Source of the DNA: Sphyrna mokarran
Taxonomy: Eukaryota
Assembly (NCBI GenBank): GCA_024679065.1
Contig: JAGIQG010000006.1
Span: 43,772,001-43,836,000, forward strand
DNA: 64,000 bases
Direction of reading: 5' to 3'
Below, piece by piece: positions 26,761-40,909 of the stretch (positions are counted from its first letter, which is position 1; each line of letters opens with the position of its first letter). The notes beneath the pieces were generated by a model. That model was not told the origin of the DNA and made no database searches. It was given only the letters and a program-made list of their open reading frames with translations. The translations under genes and the position numbers were made by a program.

Positions 26761-29700
26761 TAAAGGCCTTTCTTAATATCACTCAAATATAATTTGCGAT
26801 AGACGTGTCACTGCTGAAATGCCACACATTAAAATACGCACAGTTAAACATCGTTTTAGTAATCAGGGCTCCATATATTTTGGATATTTCGACCACTTTG
26901 TACATTTTTAAGTGCGGTAGACTCGCAACACCGAACTTTAAAAGCATCTACAAAACACTGGATGTTACAGATCAGCACAAAAGGAGTCAGGCAGAGTTTT
27001 GGCATAACAGATATAAATTTTCCTTTTTTCTTACAATTTTTACTTAAACCCCTTAAAACTGAAAGTTTAGATTTAAACTTGTTTTTATATTTCGGTTACT
27101 TCAGAGTGCAATGCATTGCTTTGTATAAGGTTCGCTTGTTACCTGTACCAGATTTCCAATTGCCTTCTGGGAATAAATGCATAAAAGTCCACGTGTGCTC
27201 TAAATAAATGCAGAAGGACACACCTTTTAAAATGATTACAATCTGCTCTTAAAAGACATGCCTCGTGTCATACTCTTGCATACCTATAGTCATGATTAGA
27301 TATTACTCCGCATTTTTCATATAAATTATTTATCGCATGACTACATAATAAATAGGTTTGGATAATTTCTGATCAAATAGACCCCTATTAAATTATTTTG
27401 GCCAAAGTGATTGGTTTTCAGTGTGACAAACAATCACAAAAAAATGTCACGATTTGCATCAATGGAAGGGGCATCGAGGTCAAGAAATGTGGCAAGGCAT
27501 ACAATTATTAAACATTTTACAAAGTTTCTCCCTCAGGTCAATTCACTTTATTGCAATAAATAGCATCCAGTGTCGAATAATTCTTTTATTTGAAAATGCA
27601 TTATTTATTGTTTATGTAGGGGATTTATGACCAACTTCGAACGTAGCATAATAGCACTTAAACAATGTATATGTCAAAACTTTATGGGAATGCGTCGTAT
27701 CTATAAAATAACAATATTATGAGCTATTTCTCTTTGAAATATCGGACTTTTTGTTTGGGCGCAAGTGCAACAAGGAAACTTTGCAACTCAGAGCGAAAAC
27801 AAAATCAATTCGCCTCCATCTCAAACAATATCAAACTCTACTGATCGCTGAATATTATGTACCAATATCACACTTCAACTTTCCTTCAAAACATATGCTT
27901 TTGACCTATCTGTATTCGATTTATAACGGCTATTCAGAATGCGTAGATCAGAGGGAAATAACTTAAGGGGGGACAAACAAAATAAATTCTATTTTATAAG
28001 GGCATCCCGACTTGTTGGAACTCGCTGTCAATACTTTGGTTCCCCAGTAGAAGTTCATTTAATGACAGTATTTTGAGATATTTCTTGCCCATTAGTGACG
28101 ATTTTAGCAGCGTTTTAACAGAGAGGATATTCAAACAATCGAGTGGCTTTTAAAGGGACAAGAAAGCATGTTTAGATTAGTTAACAAATGCATGTTTTGA
28201 TAGACGCCATTTCACAAATATACATGTCATCAGTGTTGGCTTAAATGGAAAACGAAATGTACAGAATACTGTGTTCTATCTTTGGCACTGCATATCTTAT
28301 TTCGAAATGCCTGAAATAATCGAACAAGCTGGGGAATCATTCATTATTTTCCCTTTAAAAGTATACCTTTATCCCGATACATGTATTAATGTTGATTGAG
28401 GATGCAGAGGAATGTTTCAGTATTCCTGATCCTTAGAATGCTGATTTTAAAACCTTCCAGTGTTTAATAACCATGTGGTATTATTTCCACATTCACAAAA
28501 GAGGGCCGGCCAACTCTACGGCAATATTTTCCAGTCTTTTGACCAGAATAGCTAAAATATTCGTTACGTCTGAGACTTAACACGAAATGTACTCTTCATT
28601 AACTCATTTTAGATGAACTAATTTTGTCTTTAGGGTAAGACAGGTAATTTCAAATTCATATTTAACAATCTGCGTGTTTCTAATTATTTCTTTATAATGC
28701 CAACAATCAACAAGCTTTATGAATTAAAAATTACAGTTACAGATTAATATAACTGTTGTTAAACCAATATTTTTTTTAAAAAACTGATTAATTTGATGTC
28801 CCATTTTCTAACTTCCAGTTTAAAGTAAGTTGCCATTGGTAGGTTATTGCGCAAATTAGACCGCTTTAAGGGTCCATTATTTTTACAGGCAGAGGTACGT
28901 GAAATTAGGTTATAACATGTTATAAGCCACGCTCAATACTCATACATCTCACAAAACAAAGTAACAGCATCGACTACAACGGGAATTCAACAATAAATAA
29001 CAGCAAAAGTTATTTTGCTTAAAGGAACTTCATTTTATCAATTAAGCAGATTGTATGTGACATCATCGATGCAGTTCAGAATATTTAAAATAACATATTC
29101 AGAAGTTATAACTTTGCCGAGTAGCAGTGAACTTAAATATAGCTCTATATTCTGGAGTTTTGAGCATGAGAGCATTGGACAGCAATTTAATCCAATGAAA
29201 GAAATGCTTAGAAAAATACGAAGCAGCACCATCAACTTTGTGGATAGTTTATTTCAAAACTACTTAGACTTTTTAAAATGTAATAAGCGGAGCCACGGCC
29301 ATCGCGCGCTGATTGATCGAAATACAAAAGCGCATTGCGATGAGTTAATACTATATTCGAAAAAACTGTTCTCGTTTCCATATCTTAAAATAAGACATGG
29401 CGCATAACATTTTCAGCGACTGATAATATATCATCAAATTAACAGAGAAGTTCAATGCGATACTTATTTACAAATATTGCATAATACCCATGTCTATAAA
29501 GAGAGCGCTATTATTTTGTGGAAGAGGTTGAGATTTAACGATAGAATCAATGGCAAATAACAATCAGATTATCTGGGACTCAAATTAGCTGGGAGAGCTT
29601 CTCTACATTTAGAAACCTGGATGAACGACACTGGAAGGTATTGCAGGGATTAAAAAATATACGCGGAACGATAGGATAAATTAAGTCGTAGTTTAATGAT

Positions 29701-32124
29701 ATCAGATTCGGACTTTAAGATACATTTAAGTTGTCACAGGAAGTGAAGTCCGAATAAAGATGTCCACCGCTTTGAAGTTTTGAGAACGAATACGTCAGAA
29801 GAGGAGAAAAAAAATCAAGGTTTGCGCAACAATAATAATAAGTACACAATTGGTACAATAGGTCTCTTCATTATTAATAGGGGTGATTGGAGAACAAGTG
29901 TCTTCCATAATATAATGATACTAAAAAACAAAGTAACTTAAAGGCTAAAGAATGGCAGAGTGAGGAGTTAAAAAACTATAGAGGGGACAGCCTTATAAGA
30001 ACTTGATGCAATGTAGCCTCTAAATGTGTCACGTGAGCACTGAGCAGAAATTTACGATTTAAGATTTCAGCTAACAGGACTTGCCACAGCAGGCAAGGGG
30101 TACTATTTAATACATTTTTTGGAATATTAGTGCCATAAAATGAAACATAATCAGCATAATTGAGTGCATACAGTACCCTATGTAACAAATACTTTCTATC
30201 ATAAATAATAATTCACGGTGCAACGTATACTGGAACATGAAATATACAACCTATGCGAGGACACACATAAACAGCAGTGTCTTGGAAAATATTGGTATAG
30301 TTACTATTGGGTGGCTTCTATCACACTAAACGCTAAATGATCCCCTAAAGGACAAGATGAATATAATGTCACATATGGTAAACTTAATCTTGTATTTCGA
30401 TTCACATGCCACTTTGTGGAAAATCATAAGAGCAACGGAAAATATTGAGGCGAATGAAATAGAGACGAACTCTTATGGGACGAAATCAGCGATGAATAAT
30501 TCCCCCATCCCCCAATCGCTCAACGTGTTTTGAATTTTCCTTTCGCAAGTAAAATGGGCGATGCTTTTAAAAATGTATAATAGCGAATAGATCTTTAATA
30601 CTTCATAGAACTTTTTTTGAAGGGTTGCAAATGCAAAGGCAAAACTAACTTATCACGAGGATGTACAGTGGGGAATTTAAAAAGTGCTTTCATTGAGTGG
30701 ATAAGATGATAATCAATATTATTCCAGCGATTATACACGGCATTAATATTTTTAGAACAAAATCAAAAGTCAATTTAAGTTGTGAAATATTTGGTTAGCT
30801 TTTATGCCAGAAATGAGAAGGCGCTGCTGACAAGTAAACAGAAACATTTGTACCGAAAGTATTACTTTTACCTTTTATATGTCGATTTTGATGGGAGAAC
30901 TTTAGTGTCCAGTTTGAATTTAAATAAAAATCTGTGGAAGGATAGTTGCCATTATTAGAGTAAAGTTTTCTTCAAGCACTGGAATAGTTTCTGTATTTTC
31001 TTTAGGAAATGATTTTTTTTAACTGGGCTAGATTATGTACTATTTTACTGGAATTTTAAGGTTTAGTTTGACACATTGACGGGAAGAAATAGAAATTCTG
31101 AAGTCTAACAAATATAAATCGATTATTTAGCGATCTCTAGCGGTGGAACAGAGTAAAGACTGAAAGGTGTGGACATACATAAACAGCAGACAGAAACAGC
31201 AGCTTGATTGACTTAGCAAGGCACGACATTGTGGCGAACACAATTTTACTTTGCTTTAAAAACATTCTCATACTTTTCTCCGTTACTTAAAAAAATGAGT
31301 ATGTACAGAATTACTCTATGTAATTAGAATGCAAAAGCAGCTAAAGTACATACATGTATTTTACATGTATTCTGTAAGTTCAGAATACATGTATTCTGTA
31401 AGTTCTAACTTACAGAAGGGTGAAGATGTAATACAATTGAAAATGCTTAATAAAGAATAAGTCAAAACATTGTCATGATTGTGGAATGTGTTTGAAATAT
31501 TTAACTAACAAATGTCATAATTAGTCTCAATAAGCCTCGCCTCAAAGAATAGTGAGCCACGCCAACCATTATCAGGGCAGGAGGACGCAGGAGGGGAATG
31601 GAAAATGGAAACGATCCATAATAAGAGCCAAGTTCAAATAAATGAACAAAATGAAACGTATCTTTTGAATTTTTGCTGATCATGGAGTATATCGGTAAGA
31701 ACATAGTCCACCAGTTTTCTCTGAACAGTTGGAAATGCTTGCGAAGTTTCGGGAATTTATAGATGAAGGCGTGTTGACATATAAGAACTTATGTTCACGA
31801 ATGTTACAATTTGACAGAGGTTATTCTCTGCTTATCACAACTACATAGAACGAGAAAAAAAGTTTCAACAGACTTTACTGTGTGCCTTTAAAAGTGGAAT
31901 AGCGAAAGCCAATTAGTCATGATGGACTTACATGTAGGTTAGTCTTACGTGTAGGTAAGTCCATTAGTAGTAACAGTACTAATGCCTTTGTTAAAGTACT
32001 GCACTGTGTGCAATATGGTCTCCTCACTCCAGAATATGTAGAGAATACAATACAATTTTTTGGGCTGCTGCCTAGTATATGAAAACACTGCCTTAAAATT
32101 GCTTACAATAGTGCCAGCAGTGGT

Positions 32125-32440
32125 TCAAAAACTTGAGCATATACTGTTGAATGAAAGTCCGGTGCAGTACTGAGAGACTGCTGCAGTGATGACAATCCTC
32201 CATTTGAGTGGGATATTAATCCAAGGTACCATTTACTCTCTGAGGTGGCACAACAAATCCCAAGTCATCAATTCGAAGAAGAGCAATGGGGCGGCCAGTA
32301 CTTATCCCTCCACCTAATACCACTCACTAATAACTGGTCCACATTGCTGTTTGTGGAACCTGGCAGTGATTATTGAACATATTCCATTAGGATTGTCTGA
32401 AGTTATGAAAGGTGCTGTGTTAATGCAGAAAGTCTTCCTT
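32125..32440 (+). mobile_element. DeuSINE copy
   Basis: GTGCAGTACTGAGAGACTGCTGCA...TTCGAAGAAGAGCA; similar to 3414-3715. Confidence 0.7.
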
Positions 32441-32852
32441 TTTTTCCCTCAGGATTGTTATCTGCTCACTTATGTAGTTGGGAAAAGGCTGATTGAATGG
32501 GTTTTGCTTTCAGTAGTGACGAATGATCTGTGGGGATTTACACTGAACAATTGTAAATTAGAGCAAGCTAGAAATCCTTTAAGGGGACCCGGGACCAATG
32601 TGAACACAGCAAGTAACTGTAATATCCTTAATCAATCATTTTGAAGAATTGTAAACAAATATTGCAGAGTATGAAACAGGAAGAATCAGATTATTTAATT
32701 TGATATCAAATCATGTCAGAAAGCAAAATAAAGATAGGGAGAGAAATATGAGATTATGAGAAAAACAAAGGGCTTAAAAATAAGTTAAAATATATTTTTA
32801 TTACTTTTTTGAAACTTAAAAAATAATTAGAATTGGTAAGAAAGAAATTTTA

Positions 32853-33189
32853 TTGGCAATTTTAATGAGCATCTCTTGGATAGGTGCAACAATTTCACAC
32901 CAGTCCATTCATGTCCCCATGAGACAATGAATTCTGGATGTGTAGGATAACTCGGACAGCAGTTTCCTGTAGAAGTTATTTTTCAGTGCCAGAGAGGTTG
33001 TTTATTAGTAATTAACACTTATCATGGTTTTAAACATTCACTTACACTGGAATGGGCAAACTGTCACTTATTTTGGCAATTTTAATGAGCATCTCTTAGG
33101 TAGGTGCAACAATTTCACACCAGTCCTTTAATGTCCCTGTGAAACAATGAATTCTGGATGAATAGGACAACTCAGACAGCAGCTTCCTG
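32853..33189. repeat. 117-bp imperfect direct duplication (32853-32969 / 33073-33189)
   Basis: Colinear copies TTGGCAATTTTAATGAGCATCTCTT...GACAGCAG(T/C)TTCCTG, offset by 220 bp. Confidence 0.95.
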
Positions 33190-33329
33190 ATTTCCACATT
33201 GAATCATATAAATGTAGTGACGGGAATTGCTGTTGGATATATATTTGATTCATTGTGAGTGCTGTTAGTTTCACCATTAATTATATAGCAATATCCAGCC
33301 TATTACTGATTATAATATACAGCACAGAG

Positions 33330-33925
33330 ATCAGGCATTTGGACAAACCAGATCATCTCGGTGTCCACTCAAAACTTCCCCCCACATTTTCTAATTTAAC
33401 TCTATCATTGTAAGCCTCTATTCTCTTGTCCTTCAAACGTGTGTCTAGCTTCTCTGTAAATGCATTTATACTACTTGTCTCAGCCACTCTCTATGGGAGT
33501 GTGATCTACATTTTTACCACTCTTTTGGCAAAGATGTTTGTTTTGAAATTCTCTTCAGGATTTCTCGGTGACTATCTTATATTGATGGCCTCTAGTTGCA
33601 CTCTTTCTCAAAAGTGGTAATTCTTTCTATGTATCCAACCAATCAAAATCTCCCATAATTTGAAAGACTTCTAATTTTAATATATCACCACTCAGCCTTG
33701 TCTTTTCTAGAGAAAGCAGAGGCAGCCTATCCATGTTTCCCTGATAGGTATAATCTCTCAGTCCTTTATCACTTTTGTAAGTCTTCACTGCACTCTCTCC
33801 AGCTATAAATTTTTAATAATATAGTGGCCAGAGCTATACACAATATGCCAAGTGTGACCTAACTAAAATTGAATATGAGGTTAACATTGCTCTATTCAAA
33901 CTCTGTCCCTCTAGAAATAAATCTT
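33330..33925 (-). mobile_element. decayed CR1-like LINE 3' fragment
   Basis: Resembles the reverse complement of the CR1 3' coding region at 62.8-63.3 kb. Confidence 0.65.
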
Positions 33926-34249
33926 TTAGAACTGGGATGTCCCAAACTGAGTTCCACAGAACTCTGGGACTCTGTTGGATGTGTTCAGCTGTTCTGCAGT
34001 AGCCAAGCTGGTGTAAAAAAGTTGAAAAATGCTATAAAGCTGTTTGTTCAATCAGAGACTGATTTCTCTCTGCAGTGAGAAACCAGCCTGTCATTGGGCA
34101 AGCTGGAAAAAGAAGGAAAGTAAGTCCTCAAAGACCCAGATCAAGGTGAGAGCAAGGAAGAGAACAGGCATCGGCCAAAAGAGGAAGTGGCCGTGGAGAA
34201 TGAGAAATAGCAGGCATTGGGGAAGTGATCATAGAACAGAGCATGCAGT

Positions 34250-34530
34250 GGCCTTGTGTGTGTCTGTGAAAGAGAGGGAGGTAAGAATATGAACATATAT
34301 TTGTGTCGTGAGAGTGCATTTATTGTGGATATATTTGTGGAAGTGAGAGTATGATGTGTCTATGTAAGTGTGTGTGAAAGACAGAGAGGCATGAGCATTC
34401 GTGTCTGCGGGAGAAAGAGAGGTATATGTGTGTTTGTAAGAGAGAGAGAACTGGGCGAGAGTGTGAGTGGAAGTGCGATAAAGGAGTGTATGTGTGTATG
34501 TGTGTATGTGTGAGTGTGTGTTTGATGTGC
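34250..34530. repeat. degenerate (GT)/(GA) low-complexity tract
   Basis: Directly visible. Confidence 0.85.
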
Positions 34531-35423
34531 TTGTATATATTGAATATGAGAATCCAGCTCTTCAGCAGCACTCCTAACATTCAATGAACTTATGAGCTGC
34601 AACATTACCCAACCAAAAATGAAAAAAAATGAAGACTTAAGTACTTTGTTGAATAAGAAAATTAAATTATAATAAATGTATATTATTTATGTATATGGAA
34701 CATATGAAAACACTTCAATAAAATTTTTTTTATGTGTTCGCACCGATTGCACGAAAACAGTCAATTTTTTGTGGTTTAACTCTTCAACATAAAAAGAATA
34801 TTTCTTATGGGTTCCATGAGTACTTTTGGGAATTGAAAAGAGTTCCATGGCTGGAATAATTGGGAAAGCCTGTTTTAGCATAACCCTAGGCTTTTCTATA
34901 CTATAGGTGAGTGGTGACCCCAATGTCAGGGTAATAGGTGAGCCCTGAGACTGCACTTGGACCATAGTGGGATATGCTTGCAATTTTACAACAGGTAGCT
35001 TCCTATTTGGCATCTAAGTGCTCTTATCCAATTCAGGATAGAGAGTGGGCTCTTAACGTTAGTGGCCCAATCGCAAGGACAGAAACTCTGAAACCTCAAT
35101 GGCACAACCAGGAGAGGTTGTAGTTGCTGAGGAATGCAGGAGAAGTTAGTCTATGGCACGTAGGTGAAGAAAAGTTCATGAGTCTGAGGGTCACAGAGTT
35201 GACCTGTCTCAGAAGATCATTAGGGCCATGAGTGCCACTTTTCCTGCCAGTGGCACTTTCTTTGATCCTTGAGGTCTTTCTCCCAAGGCTACCATTTGGA
35301 GGTCACTTCCATTTAACTGGCAATCTCTCCACCTAGTAGGAAGTACCCCACCATTGGTAAAGTGCTGATGAAAATCTAAAAGGCCCTTGATAGAACCTTC
35401 ACATATATAAATTGTCTGCTTGC

Positions 35424-35930
35424 CTTGAGGACATCACTGCAGGAGTTTCTCAGGGTCATGTCTCTCAGTCCAACTATCATCATAGGGATGTTCACTGATG
35501 ACTGCACAATGTTCAGTATGACTCCTCAGATGCTGAAGCAATCCATGATGTCCCAATGCAGTGAGACCTGGACAATATCCAGGTTTGGGCTGACAAGTGG
35601 CAAGTAATGTTCGCGCCACGCAACTGCAAGGCAATGACCATCTCCAACAAGAAAGAATCTAATCATCTCCCTTTGACAGTAAATGACATTATTGTCGCTG
35701 AATCCCCCCACTATCAACATCCTGGGGTTATCATTGATATGAAAATTAACTGGCTCAGTCATTAAATACCGTGGCTCCAGGAAATCAACAAGGTTCCTGA
35801 CGTAGCACCTTTCCAATTCACAACTGTTAACATCTAGAAGAATGACGGCAGCAGATATATGGGAAATTCCTCTCCAAGCCATTCACTACCCTGACTTGGG
35901 CAGTAGATTCTGGACTGCTCAATGACACTC
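35424..35930 (+). mobile_element. decayed CR1-group LINE, RT/3' fragment
   Basis: Encodes GMFTDDCTMF (FADD-type RT motif) and ADKWQVMF, with frameshifts. Confidence 0.75.
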
Positions 35931-38399
35931 ACATCCCATAATTAATTTTTTAAAAAATCTGATCTGTTGCAAGATAGGGTGGCACAGAATAGAAAGCAGC
36001 AGGACAGAGCTCATGGAGGTTAAGGACTCCTGCATCTCTCAAGCAACACGGTGGAGATGTTTCTTTGTAACATGGGGCCATCTATAACAGAGTCCATTGC
36101 ATCCAGTGTTGCCAAGAACGTTTAGAATAACAGTATATTTCTGCCTCATGTCCCTCCTCAATTCTCCTCTTCACTGCCAGATAACAGGAAATTGGAAAGG
36201 AAGGTTGGTATTAGGGAAAGGGGCTAGTTCAGCAGAACATCTTTAACCCATTTCCTGGGTTTTCTTTGATGATTTTATAAGAGGACATTAATTAATTCAT
36301 ACAGCTGCTTATCTGTCTCTTAACCGGATACTGTAAATGCAAATCAATTTGAATTGTTTGCTTGCTATTGGACAATTCATTGAGCCAAATGTAAACATTG
36401 ACCATTCCTGGACATGGGTTGGTGTTGAATCCCAAATATTTCTTGAGGAGTTAAGGTGAAGGTTTGAGAATTCATTTGATTGTCTTCTGGTATTTGTGGC
36501 TTATTCTCCTGTTCTGAAAGTCATTTCAGCGCTCTTCAAAGTTTTATCCTGGATTCTCTTCTTTTCTTATTTATGTGCTACAACTGAGCAACAAATTCCA
36601 CAAGCATGAGGCTAATATGATCATTTATTCACAGCATTAGCCCTTGACCAACTCTTTTGAAACTAATGTCGCCACTCCCGAACTGGACTAACCATAAATA
36701 GTATGGCTACCAGAGCAGGTCGAAGACTAGCAAATGTCCGCTCTAACAGCACTGTGAGTGTATCTATACTCAAGCCCTGCAGTCGTTCATCACCACCTTT
36801 CAACTACAGCTAAGAAAGAACAAAGAACAAAAAATAGTACAGCATAAGAACAGGCCCTTTGGCCCACCAAGTCTGTGCTCTCATGGATGCTTCTCTAAGT
36901 TAATATTTTCTTGCCTCTACATGGTCCATATGCCTCAGCTCCCTGCCTGTTCATGTACAGCAGTAAATCATTGAGTTCTTGCATCTTGATTTCAGTTTTG
37001 CACAGAGATAATTGAAACTATGATGAGAAGCATCTGCTTATTTTGGAGGTTCTGGGCACCTCCTTTGTGTGGGGTGACTCAAAAAAGGAATGTTTATCCA
37101 GTGAAATAAAACCAGAACTCTGGAAATATGCAGCAGGTAGGCAGTATTTGCACAGAAAGAATCAGAATTAATGTTTCATCAAAACCATTGTCACTCCCTC
37201 AAACATTTCTTAGCTTGAGGAACAACTGGGGCCAGACTATCAAATATGAGAGGCTGAAGGGTATGGCCAATTCTTGTACAAGGAAAAGATGACAGGAAGT
37301 AGTGTTTGAAACAATTTAAAGGATGGTGAGTGCAAACATTGCAAGTGGTTGCTCAGGGAGTGGGAGGATGGTGTGGTGAGGGATAAAATGCACAGCTACA
37401 TCAGTCATAGCGAATTCCACAGTTAGGGGATAGACAGATAATTTGGACACCACTTTAGAATAAAGTTGCTTAAAGTGCAAAGCTAAGAGATATGACAGAG
37501 TAAGAAAAGAAGTTTTTGGAAACATACAGAAAACAATCAGAGGTATGGGTAATATTCAAACCAATGACATTGGAAAATTATATACTCCAGGTTGAGGTGT
37601 GCATAGAAAATTTCAGTGGGTAAAGGAATAAAGAGTCAAGTGTACATTATCATAATCACATGATTACTCTTGATACCATACACTAGTCAGTAAGACCAAG
37701 GGGGATAAGATGAGAGTTCAGATCCTTCAAATGAATGGAGTCAGTTCTGAGACAGCAGTTGTTTATAAAGGACAGACAATGTTTACCTAAACAGGACTGG
37801 GAGCAGTTTCCTCACTGGGAGAAAATCTAGTGCAGTTGTTTAATGTGTTTTGTTGAGCAGAAGGGAAAAAACAAAATGAGAAAACAGAAAGAAAAGGGTG
37901 CTATGAAATAATGAGACAGACAAACAAAGAAGGAAACAATGAAGCAATTATAAGAAGATCAAAAAGGAACAGACTGCCAGCAAAAGACAGATCTGAAATA
38001 TATACTATATATCAATGTAAATAAAACAACAACTTGACCTTTACTCTATGCCAATATTACCAATGCTCACAGTTGGGTCTGGCAATTTTTTGATGTGGTA
38101 GTTACCTTGATCAGGCCCTCAAATAATGCCTAACCAACAATGTTCTTTCACTAGAAAAACAGAGGAAATAAGGGCCAATATATTCAGTGTTTCTCTGGTT
38201 ATTGCTCAAGAGCAGCAACAAATTGTCTTTATATGGTGACTTCAACATAGCAAAACATCATAAGGCACTTCACGAGAGAGTTACCAAACAAAATTTGACA
38301 CTAAGTGCATATTAGAATATAATTGGTGCACTATAGGCCATAAATCATGATGAAAGAGGCATGATACAAGATCATCGACAGTGATGTAGCTTGTGTTAG

Positions 38400-38930
38400 G
38401 GTAGGAAACTAAATTGAACATTCCTGCTTTAAAAATATTCAGTAGGGATAGAGTAATTAATAAAAAGAGGAGGGAAAGCAGCATTAATCAAAGATCCCAC
38501 TATAGCACTAGAATGCCATGATGATATAGAGGATCGTGGGGAAGCTGAATATATTTGCTTTAAGTTAAGGAATAAGAAAGGACCTGTTACTCTTTTGGGA
38601 GCATATTAAAGGCATCAAGCAATGGGAATGAAATAATGGAAGAGGAAAATAAGAAAATTAAAGAAAAATATAACAGGGTCATAATAATACAAGGCTTAAT
38701 TTGGCCAAAGTATATTGGAATGCAAATAAAGTAAGTGGTAAAGCAGAGAATAATTTTGAGAATGTGCCCTGGACAATTATCCGGTCAATATAATTTTAAT
38801 CTGACAAGGTAGCTCTGGAAATCAAATCTAAGGTTGGGCACATACTGAAAATATCAACAGTAACATAATTAAGTTTGAGAAAGGAGTTAAAAAGAGAAAA
38901 AAGGGTCAAAGATAAAGAAACTTGAATAGG
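38400..38930 (+). mobile_element. highly decayed CR1 endonuclease-region fragment
   Basis: Remnants such as IFSRDR..KRGG and LRNKKGPVTLLG resemble the CR1 APE domain. Confidence 0.5.
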
Positions 38931-39169
38931 TTCTTACCCCACAATATCAGTTAAAATTAATTTTAATTTAGAAAGACATGGTCAGTTAAGGGTACCCAGT
39001 GTAAATTTGTGAAATTTGAGTTATGTCTGGGTCAGTGACCCATAGTTTGTAGATGAGACCAGTTAACAAAATTTCTCAGATTGCTGATTCAGACCACCTG
39101 TTACCCATCTGATGTCTGTCCAACATCAAGACTGTCCCACAATCACAATCACAGTTTATAGCTAAAGGA

Positions 39170-40260
39170 CCAATTTTGAGATCATAATCAAACATTAAAA
39201 GTTCTCATCACTGCACAATTTTTCACTGAAAAAGAAGAGGAAGATACTCCTGAAAACATTTGTGACAATTTGAGTGCTTCTCACCTAAAGGCAACTTGTG
39301 GAGTTTTCTGCCATGCATACTACTTAGTTTAAAACAACAGAGCTTGTTCTAACCACTTTGATTTATTGGAACTTCAGAATGGAAAGGATGTTGGTGTGGG
39401 AATTGGGTTGCATTCATGCTACAGTGCTGGAGAAATTATTGACCATGCGGCTACGCACATGAGGAAGAAAATTTGTCAGCATATCAAAATAGTTGAGGGT
39501 AACATTTTGATTCTAATTGATGAGTCTGCAAGCCTAAGCAACAGAATCACTCTAGTAATTTACCTAACATGTGGAAGCGAAAAAAAAGATGATTCACACT
39601 TCATGTTTTTGGATTTGATTGAACTTCCAGATCTAAAAGCTAACTTAATAGTTAAATGTCTTTGTGAATGTCTTGCAAACCATGCTTTTGACGACCCTTA
39701 CCTGAAGCCTCATCTTGTGGTGTTTGTTACTAATGGAGCGATGTTACGCTAGGCACCAAATCAGGTGCACCTAACGGGCTCATGGAGCAACAACCAGTAT
39801 TATTATTTGGGATTGCCTGAACATAGATAAGAACTTGCAGTGGACAAAAACTATTTCCATTCCTTCATGGACAAACTATACTCTATGTATGGTTGCTCCA
39901 GTCCCTACATATCTACTACATATCAGCCTGTCTTCTGTCTCAGAGATCTCCATTCCCTGTTGTGCTTACAAACTCTTGGTCCTAATTCAAGCTATGTGAT
40001 ACTCTTCTGCTGTGTTGCCCTTAAAGAGATAATCATCACAATCTCCATAATTGTCATCTACTTCTTCAATCAATGCATTCAGAGATAATGGGGAAGAAGC
40101 TGGACAACGCATTCCCCAGAATTTATGACCATTCCTAAATTGCATGCGAACAATTCCAAGCAGCACTGCAGAATTTAATCAAATGAAATTAATTATAACA
40201 CTAATGTGTTCAAGAATTCTCATATGGTACCTATTAGTGATTATGCTTGTAAAATGCATT
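39170..40260 (+). pseudogene. hAT transposase fossil, KIAA1586/ZNF862-like
   Basis: ORF 39366-39752 has ILIDESASLSNRITLVIYL and FVTNGA. Out-of-frame continuations give LGTKSG, IIIWDCLN, FHSFMDKLYSMY and TIPSSTAE..FNQMKLII, in hAT domain order. Disrupted by stops and deletions. Confidence 0.85.
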
Positions 40261-40909
40261 CATCTCTTGATGCGTTGGGATCCAAGACTCATATGTTAGA
40301 AATTGTTTGCGATGCCAACAATTGACAGAGGACTCAAAGATAACACCAGCTCCCTCTGGCACAAGTGTGGAACCAGACTTTTTATGGAAATTATAGTGAA
40401 GAATTGGTTGCAGAAATTCAAAAAGTGCCAAGTTTGTAGTGATCAAGCGCTTGCAAACCATGACACTGCTGGAAAATCTATTGATAAGTTTGCTATACTC
40501 ATTTCAGCTGAAAACATTTTGCTTGAACACATTTACAATGCTAACAAAATGAATCCGTTCTGTGGCATACTCCTAGGAAAGTATTAAGACTGGCTGAGGA
40601 AAATGCACCAATGATATGTTAAGTTGATTGTTTGACTGTCCTTGGTTGGGTCAATGTGGCTGTCACACACAGTGTAAGTTGGCTGCAGTTGGAAAGAGCA
40701 AATGCCCCAGGAGCATCAATGGCAATTAAACATTACCTGTTCACTGTCATGGCAATAAGAGAGACTGGGTTGACAGGAACATGTTTTCTGATTGGTTTCA
40801 CAACCACCAATGTACCAGACGCACATTGTCAGTTAGCTGGTCTAGAAGAAAACTGTCAAATCATGTTACTCCTGGACAATTATTGAACACATTCCCCTGC
40901 TGAGATCTT

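Noticed and set aside
29015-29407. 130-aa ORF
   Set aside because: Non-ATG start, no recognisable family and no clear exon boundaries.
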